Below are positions 9,513 to 17,421 of a DNA stretch of 64,000 nt, in pieces (the stretch's first letter is position 1; each line of letters starts with the position of its first letter). The notes under the pieces were generated by a model that did not search any database, was not told the origin of the DNA, and saw nothing but the letters and a program-made list of their open reading frames with translations. The translations under genes and the position numbers were made by a program. This stretch comes from a virus, in IMG/VR virus record IMGVR_UViG_3300035698_017497, positions 32,001 through 96,000 of that record, one strand, 5' to 3'.

Positions 9513-10430
9513 ATGACCGTTATCGAGAATTTCCCGTTATACTTTGAAGGCTCTCAGCTTCCAGACGCTTATTGGTTGAATATGGACGCTGGTTCTACCG
9601 GTGAGGATGTTCGACTTTACGAGAACGTGGAGCTTACAGATGAGCTTGAAAAAGATCTTGTCTACATAGATGTCGACAATGAGCTCATCGAAGCATACGC
9701 ATCTATCACGCTCGACACAGAAGAAGATAAAGACTTCTTTGCCGTTGGTGGTGGAGATGGAGTTCCAAATAGCGATATATGGGCAGCAAGGGAACACACA
9801 TACGTTTGTCCATTCCGGGATAGCGTAAGTGATCGTACTATTGAGGCGAACACTCCAACTGTTAACGGAACAGCGCAGTATGGAACCGGTATAATAGGTA
9901 AAGCTTTTGATTTTAATGGATCGTCAAATCTTAAATTCGATACCAGTGAAATATTTGGAGACGCCGGCTTTACTGCGAGTTTGTGGTTTAACGCCGGGGC
10001 TGGAGCCATGGGCACAGACAGAACTCTCTTGATAAATACCGATCTAGCAGACGTACAGATAAGAGTACTTATATCTGACAATGATCAAATGAAAATACAG
10101 CTTAAAAATTCTAATGGCGACGAGTATGAGGCCGAGGCTTACAGCATTTCCGCCGGAGAATGGTATCACGTGGCCATAGTCTATAACAATCTGGATCGGG
10201 TTATACTGTTTGTCGATGGCGTACAACGCACTTACATCGATATCGACCCTGCATTCGGCTACCAAGCTCAAGCCTCTACATATATAGGCTCCGAGGATGA
10301 TGTTAGTCAGCCTTTTACAGGCTTAATAGATGAGGCTAGGATACTCAAAACGCAGCTTGACGCTGATTATTTATACACAGAGTACCAAAATAAGAAACAA
10401 TATACAAGCTTCTATAGTTTAGTTAGCTAA
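9513..10430 (+). CDS. LamG/concanavalin-like domain virion protein
   Basis: GKAFDFNG, FTASLWF, WYHVAIVY, LFVDG, FTGLIDEARI. Confidence 0.8.
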   Translation: MTVIENFPLYFEGSQLPDAYWLNMDAGSTGEDVRLYENVELTDELEKDLVYIDVDNELIEAYASITLDTEEDKDFFAVGGGDGVPNSDIWAAREHTYVCPFRDSVSDRTIEANTPTVNGTAQYGTGIIGKAFDFNGSSNLKFDTSEIFGDAGFTASLWFNAGAGAMGTDRTLLINTDLADVQIRVLISDNDQMKIQLKNSNGDEYEAEAYSISAGEWYHVAIVYNNLDRVILFVDGVQRTYIDIDPAFGYQAQASTYIGSEDDVSQPFTGLIDEARILKTQLDADYLYTEYQNKKQYTSFYSLVS

Positions 10431-10471
10431 GAAGATGTTGATATAGAATTTAGCTGAATGTATTTTATAGT

Positions 10472-11398
10472 ATGAGTAATAGCCTATCAAATTTTCCGGA
10501 AACCGATATTGTAAAGGTTCTGATTAGTTTTACTCAGTGGCTATTCTCTAAATCCGAACTCTGCCCTACTGATTATAAGTGGGATGCAGACGAACGACGT
10601 TCTTTGATAAGAATCAGCAAACCGTTTGCTATAGATGATGTAAAAGCTCTTAGTAATCCGTACATAACGATCTCTAGAGGCCCAATTCAAAGTGAGAATC
10701 TGGCTCTTGACAATTTAGTATCTGCAAACGCAAACGTGTTTGAGGAAGCTAAAAGATCGGACTTAATGCTCGGATCTATCTACATAACAGCTGGAGCATC
10801 TGCTGCTGACGAGGCCTCAAATCTTGCTGCTTTTACTATGCATGCAATACACTCGTACCGAAATCAGTTGAGCGCCAGGGTAAGTTATCTTCATGAACTT
10901 AAGAAGAACATGATACATCCTGAGAAGCCAAGAGGAAATGAGACTGATTCAAATGTACATGTATGGGAGGTAGTTGCAACACTCGATGTCCACTTAAAGT
11001 TTAGCTGGATGGAGATGGCTGCAGAAGACTCTATCACATGGAGCACAATGGAGATTATGAATAAGGGTGACGAGATTCATGACAGCGCCACCGGGCAAGT
11101 TTTTAAAAACAGTGGGATCTTAAAAGATTTAGAAGCTGATTTTGGAACTCTCGAAGCGAACGATCCTCAGCTATCACTGGCTGATATCGAAGCTGCAAGA
11201 TACTTCGTCCTTATTGATAACCAGCCATACATCGTGACAAACATTGTTAATAGCAATATGTTAAGATTAGGTGTATCAAATGAACGTGGCGAAATAGTTA
11301 CTTTTAATTTTAGCGAAGAAGCAGAAAATGTTGAATATACTGTTAACTGGAATAAGCCATTTGTAAGAACGGTCATTCCAAACAGACAGTCATCCTAA
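10472..11398 (+). CDS. Putative tail completion/terminator protein
   Basis: Immediately upstream of the sheath gene; function inferred from synteny. Confidence 0.45.
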   Translation: MSNSLSNFPETDIVKVLISFTQWLFSKSELCPTDYKWDADERRSLIRISKPFAIDDVKALSNPYITISRGPIQSENLALDNLVSANANVFEEAKRSDLMLGSIYITAGASAADEASNLAAFTMHAIHSYRNQLSARVSYLHELKKNMIHPEKPRGNETDSNVHVWEVVATLDVHLKFSWMEMAAEDSITWSTMEIMNKGDEIHDSATGQVFKNSGILKDLEADFGTLEANDPQLSLADIEAARYFVLIDNQPYIVTNIVNSNMLRLGVSNERGEIVTFNFSEEAENVEYTVNWNKPFVRTVIPNRQSS

Positions 11399-11416
11399 GA
11401 ATAAGGAGAATACTTT

Positions 11417-13939
11417 ATGAGTTATCAGGGCCCAAATGTGTCGATAAAACAGAGGTTTCAGGCTAGTCCTCCTGGCATTGCTATTGATAAGCTTCCACCA
11501 GTGGCAGTCGGTACAGCTTATGACGTGTATAGAAATGAGCTTTTGGGTTTAACCCCTGGGCTTATTGATCGTACACTGGCATGGGTTGGAAGTAATTCTG
11601 TGGTCTACGATCGCAGTGTTGCCGGAGACCGTGCATACGATTTCTATCCACCTAAAGTTTATGCGAATACAGTTCAGTATGGTCTCGTTGAGATTACTGA
11701 CGATGTCGTATTAAGTTCTGTGGGTGCAGCTGTAGAAGATGAAGACAAATATATCGTTCCTAAAACAACTGTTGCTGACGGTGATAGTAGTGCTAAAATG
11801 CCTTACTACCAGCGTTCAAGTATAACGGTTGTTATGAGTGCGGCTATTGGGCTTGATAAAGTTCAAATCACCGGAGCTGACCTTTCAAGCTATGACCTTG
11901 TACGTGGACAGAAAGTATTTGTTTACTACTCAGCAGCATGGCATGAAGTTGGAACAGTTCAATATGTTAGTCAGAGCGGTACACTCATTAAATTGATTAT
12001 GGCTCATACTGCAGCCATAGCAGCTGGAACAGGCATATGCGTTGGAGCAGCTAGCGTTGCAACAATAGACACTGCCAACACTATTTATGATAGTTCAGTA
12101 GATTTCAAGGCACTTGGCGTACGTGCTGGACAGATTGTAGAATTTTCCAGCCAGTCTATTAGCGGCTCTGTTGCTGCAAGGAAAAAAGCTACTATAACTT
12201 CGGTTGTAGATGCGAACACAATCCTTGTTAATACTGTTACTGATTCAGATCGCCATTTCCATGATGATCTTTACAAGGTAGAGACTTTTTCCAACTCTAT
12301 TGGATCAACAATAAATATCTACGGATATGAGATAAAAGCGTTCATCGGATATTCTCAGAACCTAATGCTTAAAGCTGCTAATACCGCTGCAGGCCAGAAG
12401 GTTAGTGCAGTAGGAACTACTTCTTTTACAGTTCCTAAGCTTGCAGGCTACTCGGCTCTTCTTGAGGCTGGATGCTTTGTGGCATCTAACGGTGTAGCAA
12501 ATGCAGCTTCAGCAGACAATGAGCTTACAGGAGCTACTCTATACACTGTAAGTAGTGTGGTTGACAATGGAACTACTCTGACTATCAATGTTACCGAAGA
12601 TCTCAGTGGAGATTTTAGTGATGACGATTATCTTAATGCTTGGAAACCTAAAATCACAAATCAGATTACTTCTGATTTTAGAGCTGTAAGAGCAGAAGAA
12701 CAGGGAACTCTTTATCGCATTGGATCTTCAGAAGATATTACTACTTACTTCTCAAGAGACGACGAGATAGATATATACAATGAACTTGCCTACATGCTTC
12801 TCATTGAGTTCTCACTTTCTGGCGGAAATGCTTGCTACGGTATTAATGTTGACGGAGCATCGTCTAACCTTGCGTCAGAATACAGCGCAGCCCTCGAAGA
12901 GCTTAAGATTAAAGACGTTTATACTCACGTCTTTGGCTCTACCGATGGTGGAGTTAATGCTCTTGCCGGATCTTACTGTGACGCAGAATCTGATCCGTAC
13001 GAAGCACATGAGCGCGTAGCTATTCTCTGCTACGACCAGGACGAGATATTTAAAATTGGTGAAGATACAATATCGTCAGTAACGGCCGGGATTGTAACTA
13101 CAAATGGTGTAGTGGATCTTATAGATAGTGGAGTTACTATTGGAGATGTCGTTACGTTAACGGACTCTTCTGGAGATGTAATTTCTACTGGTCTTGTTAC
13201 AGCAACTCCTTCTGCAGCAAACGTTGTTGCCACAGATCTCGGAACAGTATCTACGGCAGCAGGTGTTATTTTTAGCAACGGCGGGAAAGTTGCTCAGGCA
13301 GAATCTATTCGCGATATATCTTACGGTAATCGTAGAATTAAAGTAATATGGCCAGGATGGTTTCAGGCTGACTTTGGCGGAGATACTTATGCAGCACTAC
13401 CTCCTTACTATATTGCAGCAGCAATAGCAGGATGGGATAGCTTAAACATTCCAAGCCAGTCATTTACCAATCTTAATCTTGCTATACCTGGACTCTCAAA
13501 TATCAAGCTTGGGACAAGCTCTTACTTTAAAAAGAGTGAATTGGACACTATTGCAGGCGGCGGTGTTGACATTCTTATACAAGATGGAGACAGCTCGCAG
13601 ACTATCTATTCAAGACATTCTCTCACATCTAATATGGATGCGATTGAGTATAGAGAATGGTCTATCACTAAGCAGGTTGACGTTTCTGCCAAGACGCTAC
13701 GTAAAGCTTTTGCGCCTTATGTTGGAAAGTATAACATAGGAACAAGCCTGTTCAATCTCCTGAAACAGATTGGTGATATTGGTTCTCGTAAGCTGGGAAC
13801 AGATTATATAGTCTCAAAATGTGAAATTATATCTATCACGAGAGATGCTCTGATCAAAGATAAAATCAACTTTGTAATCAACATAACAGTATTTGTTGCA
13901 GGAAACTATTACGATGTTACTTTAAACGTGAAATCATAA
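11417..13939 (+). CDS. Contractile tail sheath protein
   Basis: N-terminal Y.GP.V.I, C-terminal sheath-like region (YY.AAAIAG...PSQSFTNL; YREWSITKQVD; YVGKYNI); AAGGAG RBS; followed by tube gene. Confidence 0.8.
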   Translation: MSYQGPNVSIKQRFQASPPGIAIDKLPPVAVGTAYDVYRNELLGLTPGLIDRTLAWVGSNSVVYDRSVAGDRAYDFYPPKVYANTVQYGLVEITDDVVLSSVGAAVEDEDKYIVPKTTVADGDSSAKMPYYQRSSITVVMSAAIGLDKVQITGADLSSYDLVRGQKVFVYYSAAWHEVGTVQYVSQSGTLIKLIMAHTAAIAAGTGICVGAASVATIDTANTIYDSSVDFKALGVRAGQIVEFSSQSISGSVAARKKATITSVVDANTILVNTVTDSDRHFHDDLYKVETFSNSIGSTINIYGYEIKAFIGYSQNLMLKAANTAAGQKVSAVGTTSFTVPKLAGYSALLEAGCFVASNGVANAASADNELTGATLYTVSSVVDNGTTLTINVTEDLSGDFSDDDYLNAWKPKITNQITSDFRAVRAEEQGTLYRIGSSEDITTYFSRDDEIDIYNELAYMLLIEFSLSGGNACYGINVDGASSNLASEYSAALEELKIKDVYTHVFGSTDGGVNALAGSYCDAESDPYEAHERVAILCYDQDEIFKIGEDTISSVTAGIVTTNGVVDLIDSGVTIGDVVTLTDSSGDVISTGLVTATPSAANVVATDLGTVSTAAGVIFSNGGKVAQAESIRDISYGNRRIKVIWPGWFQADFGGDTYAALPPYYIAAAIAGWDSLNIPSQSFTNLNLAIPGLSNIKLGTSSYFKKSELDTIAGGGVDILIQDGDSSQTIYSRHSLTSNMDAIEYREWSITKQVDVSAKTLRKAFAPYVGKYNIGTSLFNLLKQIGDIGSRKLGTDYIVSKCEIISITRDALIKDKINFVINITVFVAGNYYDVTLNVKS

Positions 13940-13953
13940 ATTGGAGGTAAATA

Positions 13954-14661
13954 GTGGCTGAAGAGATTGTTATTAATGGCGACCTTGGCAAGTGGGAACC
14001 AGAGTCAGAGCATGTATCAAGAGCAGTTACATCTGAGGACGGGATCATATCAGTTGACCAGAGTCGCGTCGATTTTATAGAGGCTGGCACAGTATTGATA
14101 TGTGCTGGTCCTGCTAGACTTGGCGAGATGGAGGATGACAAGTCAGCAAATATATTACCAATCGGACTAGTAGAGCAGGCGTCTGTTAATCAGAGCAAAC
14201 CATTGCAGCGCGTGTTTGAGATTGGATCCAAACTTAGCTACATCATACCTGGACGTACAATTGGGTCTATATCAATTGCTCGCGTAATGTTTGATGGACC
14301 ATCACTCCTGAGGATGCTTGCAGCTGGAGAATTTACGCAAGAAACTGATCAGTCTGAAGCCGCATCTAATGAGATTATATACAAGACTCATGATGGTAAG
14401 AAGGTTAATGCTCAGAACTCAAGTTCTGGAAACATTGATTTAAACCTGGCTTCTAAGATTTTCGATTTACCTTTCGGTCTCTGCATGTATTTTAGAGACC
14501 AAAAGAACGAAGATGTCAGTATGGTATACTTCGAGGATTGCCGTATATCAACTCACAATTTCGGAATCGCAAGTCAGAGTACTATCATAGCAGAGTCTGT
14601 TTCAATTGAATTCGTAAGAATAGTTCCAGTAGAGCCTGTTAATCCAGCAGTGTCTGCTTAA
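13954..14661 (+). CDS. Tail tube protein
   Basis: GTG start with GGAGG; PIGLVEQASVNQSKPLQRVFEIGS...IPGRT motif; follows sheath. Confidence 0.7.
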   Translation: MAEEIVINGDLGKWEPESEHVSRAVTSEDGIISVDQSRVDFIEAGTVLICAGPARLGEMEDDKSANILPIGLVEQASVNQSKPLQRVFEIGSKLSYIIPGRTIGSISIARVMFDGPSLLRMLAAGEFTQETDQSEAASNEIIYKTHDGKKVNAQNSSSGNIDLNLASKIFDLPFGLCMYFRDQKNEDVSMVYFEDCRISTHNFGIASQSTIIAESVSIEFVRIVPVEPVNPAVSA

Positions 14662-14683
14662 TACATTAGCATAATAGCTAAAA

Positions 14684-14718
14684 AAAAGAGGATGGCTTTT
14701 ATTAGTCATCCTCTTTTT
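14684..14718. terminator. Bidirectional terminator between convergent transcription units
   Basis: A-run GAGGATGGCT...AGTCATCCTC T-run. Confidence 0.8.
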
Positions 14719-14967
14719 ATATTTTAGCTTAACATTATCAATACAAATAGACTGAAAGTATACTTTAATGTATATTTTCAAACCGTGCGAAACCCTAACA
14801 ATGTACTGTCATTTCTAAATCTTGGAAAGTTGCTTAACCCTCTGTTGACATATGAGATACGCACATCTCTATGTATCAATATCTTATAGAGATGCGCTGT
14901 AATATATTTGTAGCAAAAAATGCAACTTTTTGGCTACTGGAAATTAAGAAAAACATACCACTTTTTC

Positions 14968-15450
14968 TTAAAAGTCTATATCATTTGTGATATCTTTGAG
15001 CAATTGCTTATCTACATCGACAAGATCATCACAGTCGTCTTCTATCTCAGGTATTGAGTTTACTATAATCGCAACGTCAGCACCTCCCATACCTCTTCTT
15101 AGGCATCCTCTTGATGACATCGAGGGAACCACTTGCCACGAATCATCTTTAAGTATTTTAAAATCTACAAGTAAGTCCATTATACTCTCAACTTTATTAG
15201 ACACATCTGCCTGCCTATTGTCTGGAAAGAATATTGTGATATCGATATGTTCTATAATTTCAAACTTTCTACCACTAAGATGCGACAGAACTTCTCCCAA
15301 CTGCTTTAATGATTCGGTGTGCCACGATCTAAACAGGTCGCTTGATCTAACCTTAACCTTAGTCTTCCCGCCGCCACCCTTCTCGAGAGTTACAGACTTG
15401 CTATTTTTTTTACTTGGAACTCTCCCGTATAATGAAAATGAGTATATCAT
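14968..15450 (-). CDS. RusA-like Holliday junction resolvase
   Basis: VPSKKNS N-terminal motif, D.SNK.ESIMD.L....IL.DD acidic catalytic pattern; GGAGG RBS at 15455-15459 supports ATG at 15450. Confidence 0.8.
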   Translation of the reverse strand: MIYSFSLYGRVPSKKNSKSVTLEKGGGGKTKVKVRSSDLFRSWHTESLKQLGEVLSHLSGRKFEIIEHIDITIFFPDNRQADVSNKVESIMDLLVDFKILKDDSWQVVPSMSSRGCLRRGMGGADVAIIVNSIPEIEDDCDDLVDVDKQLLKDITNDIDF

Positions 15451-15466
15451 ATAGCCTCCAATAGTT

Positions 15467-15498
15467 AAAAAAAAGCGCAACCTAAATATAGATTGCGC
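15467..15498 (-). terminator. Minus-strand terminator at the distal end of the ncRNA array
   Basis: Minus strand GCGCAATCTA-TATT-TAGGTTGCGC followed by T8. Confidence 0.8.
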
Positions 15499-15513
15499 CC
15501 AATTGTCTTACCC

Positions 15514-15588
15514 TCAAGTTACCCAGTCAGCCTTGTAAGCTATAATGCCAAGATCGTCAAGTTTCTTCCCAAACTCAGACTTTTCCAT
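15514..15588 (-). CDS. Possible 24-aa small ORF or C-terminal gene remnant (MEKSEFGKKLDDLGIIAYKADWVT)
   Basis: Protein-like composition, GAGGA 10 nt upstream of ATG, ends just before the terminator; open frame extends upstream to about 15648. Confidence 0.3.
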   Translation of the reverse strand: MEKSEFGKKLDDLGIIAYKADWVT

Positions 15589-15617
15589 TGTGAAAAGATC
15601 CTCAGCCTCAAATTTCC

Positions 15618-15839
15618 GATAAGCATTACGTGCACCCAGAGGAAGGACTTATCCCCGTGTCGGTTATTAGGATGTTGCGCCAGTACCTAAGGACTGTGTC
15701 GCAGTCAATATTTTAGCAGCAATATACGTATTCCGACTGGGGGAATAGTCCATTTCTGGGTGCACTGGAAGCGCTTATCAGTATCCTTATACTACTTACC
15801 AACGAATCGTTGACATAAAACCTGTGTTAGTATGCATTT
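15618..15839 (-). ncRNA. Array unit 1 (closing stem unclear)
   Basis: Rod 15618-15779 (GATAAGC/GCTTATC, GTGCACCCAGA/TCTGGGTGCAC, GTCGG/CCGAC, GACTG/CAGTC); short hairpin CAACG-AAT-CGTTG 15800-15812. Confidence 0.55.
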
Positions 15840-15860
15840 TTCTGTATCCTTATTTTTTTT

Positions 15861-15971
15861 AAAATCACTATTAATTCGTCTCAGTACAGTGCGTGACTTC
15901 ATCATGCACGGCTGCAAGAATAGTAAAATATAAAAGCTGAATCAGCTTTCAGTAATAATATTAGTGATTTT
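15861..15971 (-). ncRNA. Array unit 2
   Basis: Terminal IR AAAATCACTA/TAGTGATTTT; hairpin GTGCGTGA/TCATGCAC; short hairpin AAAGCTG-AAT-CAGCTTT 15933-15949. Confidence 0.6.
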
Positions 15972-15977
15972 CATTTT

Positions 15978-16141
15978 GCATTTAGTTCTCAATTTTACGT
16001 TGTTCGCGCTCTTACGCGCACCGGGTCAGTCATATCTCCCGTCAGGTGATGTGGATCATCCGGCCAAGCGTAGAAGCTTCTCCGCTTGTATTACTTTGGC
16101 CTGAACGAATCGTTCAGTTCTAATTCTTTGAGGAACAATGC
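15978..16141 (-). ncRNA. Array unit 3
   Basis: Terminal IR GCATT..GTTCTCAA/TTGAGGAACAATGC (bulged); rod about 16008-16077; short hairpin CTGAACG-AAT-CGTTCAG 16101-16117. Confidence 0.55.
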
Positions 16142-16171
16142 CGATTTTTTAAACTTAACTTTAAATTTTTA

Positions 16172-16371
16172 AACTTATAATTAATTTGTTATTGCCCGGT
16201 CTGAGAAGTTGCACATACATAACGAGGACGTAAATAACCTTCAGGATGGCCTTTAGGCTAACATCCTGAGGGTTGATTGTAGTCTCGTGGCGTATGGTAA
16301 GCTATGAGGCCGGTGAATTCACCATGTAGATAAAGAGTAACTCTTTACCATTTAAATAATATTTATAAGTT
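16172..16371 (-). ncRNA. Array unit 4
   Basis: Terminal IR AACTTATAA/TTATAAGTT; rod 16196-16313 (AACCTTCAGGATG/CATCCTGAGGGTT); short hairpin TAAAGAG-TAA-CTCTTTA 16331-16347. Confidence 0.65.
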
Positions 16372-16382
16372 ATTTTAAGATT

Positions 16383-16625
16383 AACACATGATTAATTTGT
16401 TTACGAGTATGCCCGTACTATGTTTCCAGCGTTCCTGGGTGGCTGAATCGCACCCGTGACCAAGTGACTTAAGGACATTGGATTTTCAATCGTCCATTAT
16501 TTTATAGTCAAGTAGTGTCCGGGTGCGATCTGCTCCCAAGACGCAGGAACAATGTACTGGCGAATGTTTTCTTCTACGCAATACATACAAGAGAAGCTCT
16601 TGCATAAAACTGTTGTTCATGTATT
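16383..16625 (-). ncRNA. Array unit 5
   Basis: Terminal IR AACACATGA/TCATGTATT; rod 16411-16561 (ATCGCACCCG/CGGGTGCGAT); short hairpin CAAGAG-AAG-CTCTTG 16588-16602. Confidence 0.65.
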
Positions 16626-16647
16626 ATTGTTGTCTGAATTGTTATCT

Positions 16648-16862
16648 AAATTATGATTTAGTTTGTCTACTCAGGTGATCCGCGTGTATTGCTGACCGCT
16701 AGAGTGTCATCATTCTGGCCATACGGCTAAAATGTAATTTATTTACATTAGTCGTGAGGACGATGATGAACGTTAGCGGCGAAGCAATACCTGGCGGATT
16801 ACCACTACTATTTTAAAGATCAATACAAAAGAATCTTTTGTATATAAAAGTATTCATAATTT
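16648..16862 (-). ncRNA. Array unit 6
   Basis: Terminal IR AAATTATGA/TCATAATTT; rod 16674-16803 (GGTGATCCGC/GCGGATTACC, GTATTGCT/AGCAATAC); short hairpin ATACAAAAG-AAT-CTTTTGTAT 16823-16843. Confidence 0.7.
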
Positions 16863-16869
16863 TTATTTT

Positions 16870-17057
16870 ACTCATGATTTATTTCGTTGTACGAAATGGA
16901 TTCCTGGTTTCGAACGTTCTATAGCTTGCGTAATTCATTCGTTAGCGAAGCGGTAGAATGGTTTCGCAAGGCGGTAGGCGAGCGAAACCAGGATGTAGTG
17001 CTTTCCGGTAAAAAGGACATATAAGAGAAGCTCTTATATATAATGTTATTCATGAGT
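16870..17057 (-). ncRNA. Array unit 7
   Basis: Terminal IR ACTCATGA/TCATGAGT; rod 16902-16994 (TCCTGGTTTCG/CGAAACCAGGA); short hairpin ATATAAGAG-AAG-CTCTTATAT 17019-17039. Confidence 0.7.
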
Positions 17058-17076
17058 CGCTTTGTCATTTTTTTAG

Positions 17077-17243
17077 ACATATGATTATATCGTAATGATA
17101 GGCGGCAACTAAAACTAGCGGAAAGCTAAATTTAATATACTTGTTTATTAAGTTCAGCTTTGTTCTAGTTATAGTTGTCGACACTTGGATAAAGTTGGAT
17201 AGACAATAGAAGCTATTGTCTTTTTTTATTAATGTTCATATGT
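17077..17243 (-). ncRNA. Array unit 8
   Basis: Terminal IR ACATATGA/TCATATGT; rod 17103-17180; short hairpin AGACAATAG-AAG-CTATTGTCT 17201-17221. Confidence 0.7.
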
Positions 17244-17249
17244 TTTTTT

Positions 17250-17407
17250 GTTTTTATGATTTATTTTGTTTTGGAATTATACCAGCGGGTCATTCTAAAA
17301 ATGGACTGTTTTACTGTCCTTTTAGCAATTTACCCGCTGGTTAAAAGCCTGTACTACAAAACACATATATAAGAGAAGCTCTTATATATAGGGGTATTCA
17401 TAAAAAC
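17250..17407 (-). ncRNA. Array unit 9
   Basis: Terminal IR GTTTTTATGA/TCATAAAAAC; rod 17281-17341 (ACCAGCGGGT/ACCCGCTGGT); short hairpin ATATATAAGAG-AAG-CTCTTATATAT 17365-17389. Confidence 0.7.
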
Positions 17408-17421
17408 TTTTGATTATTTTT

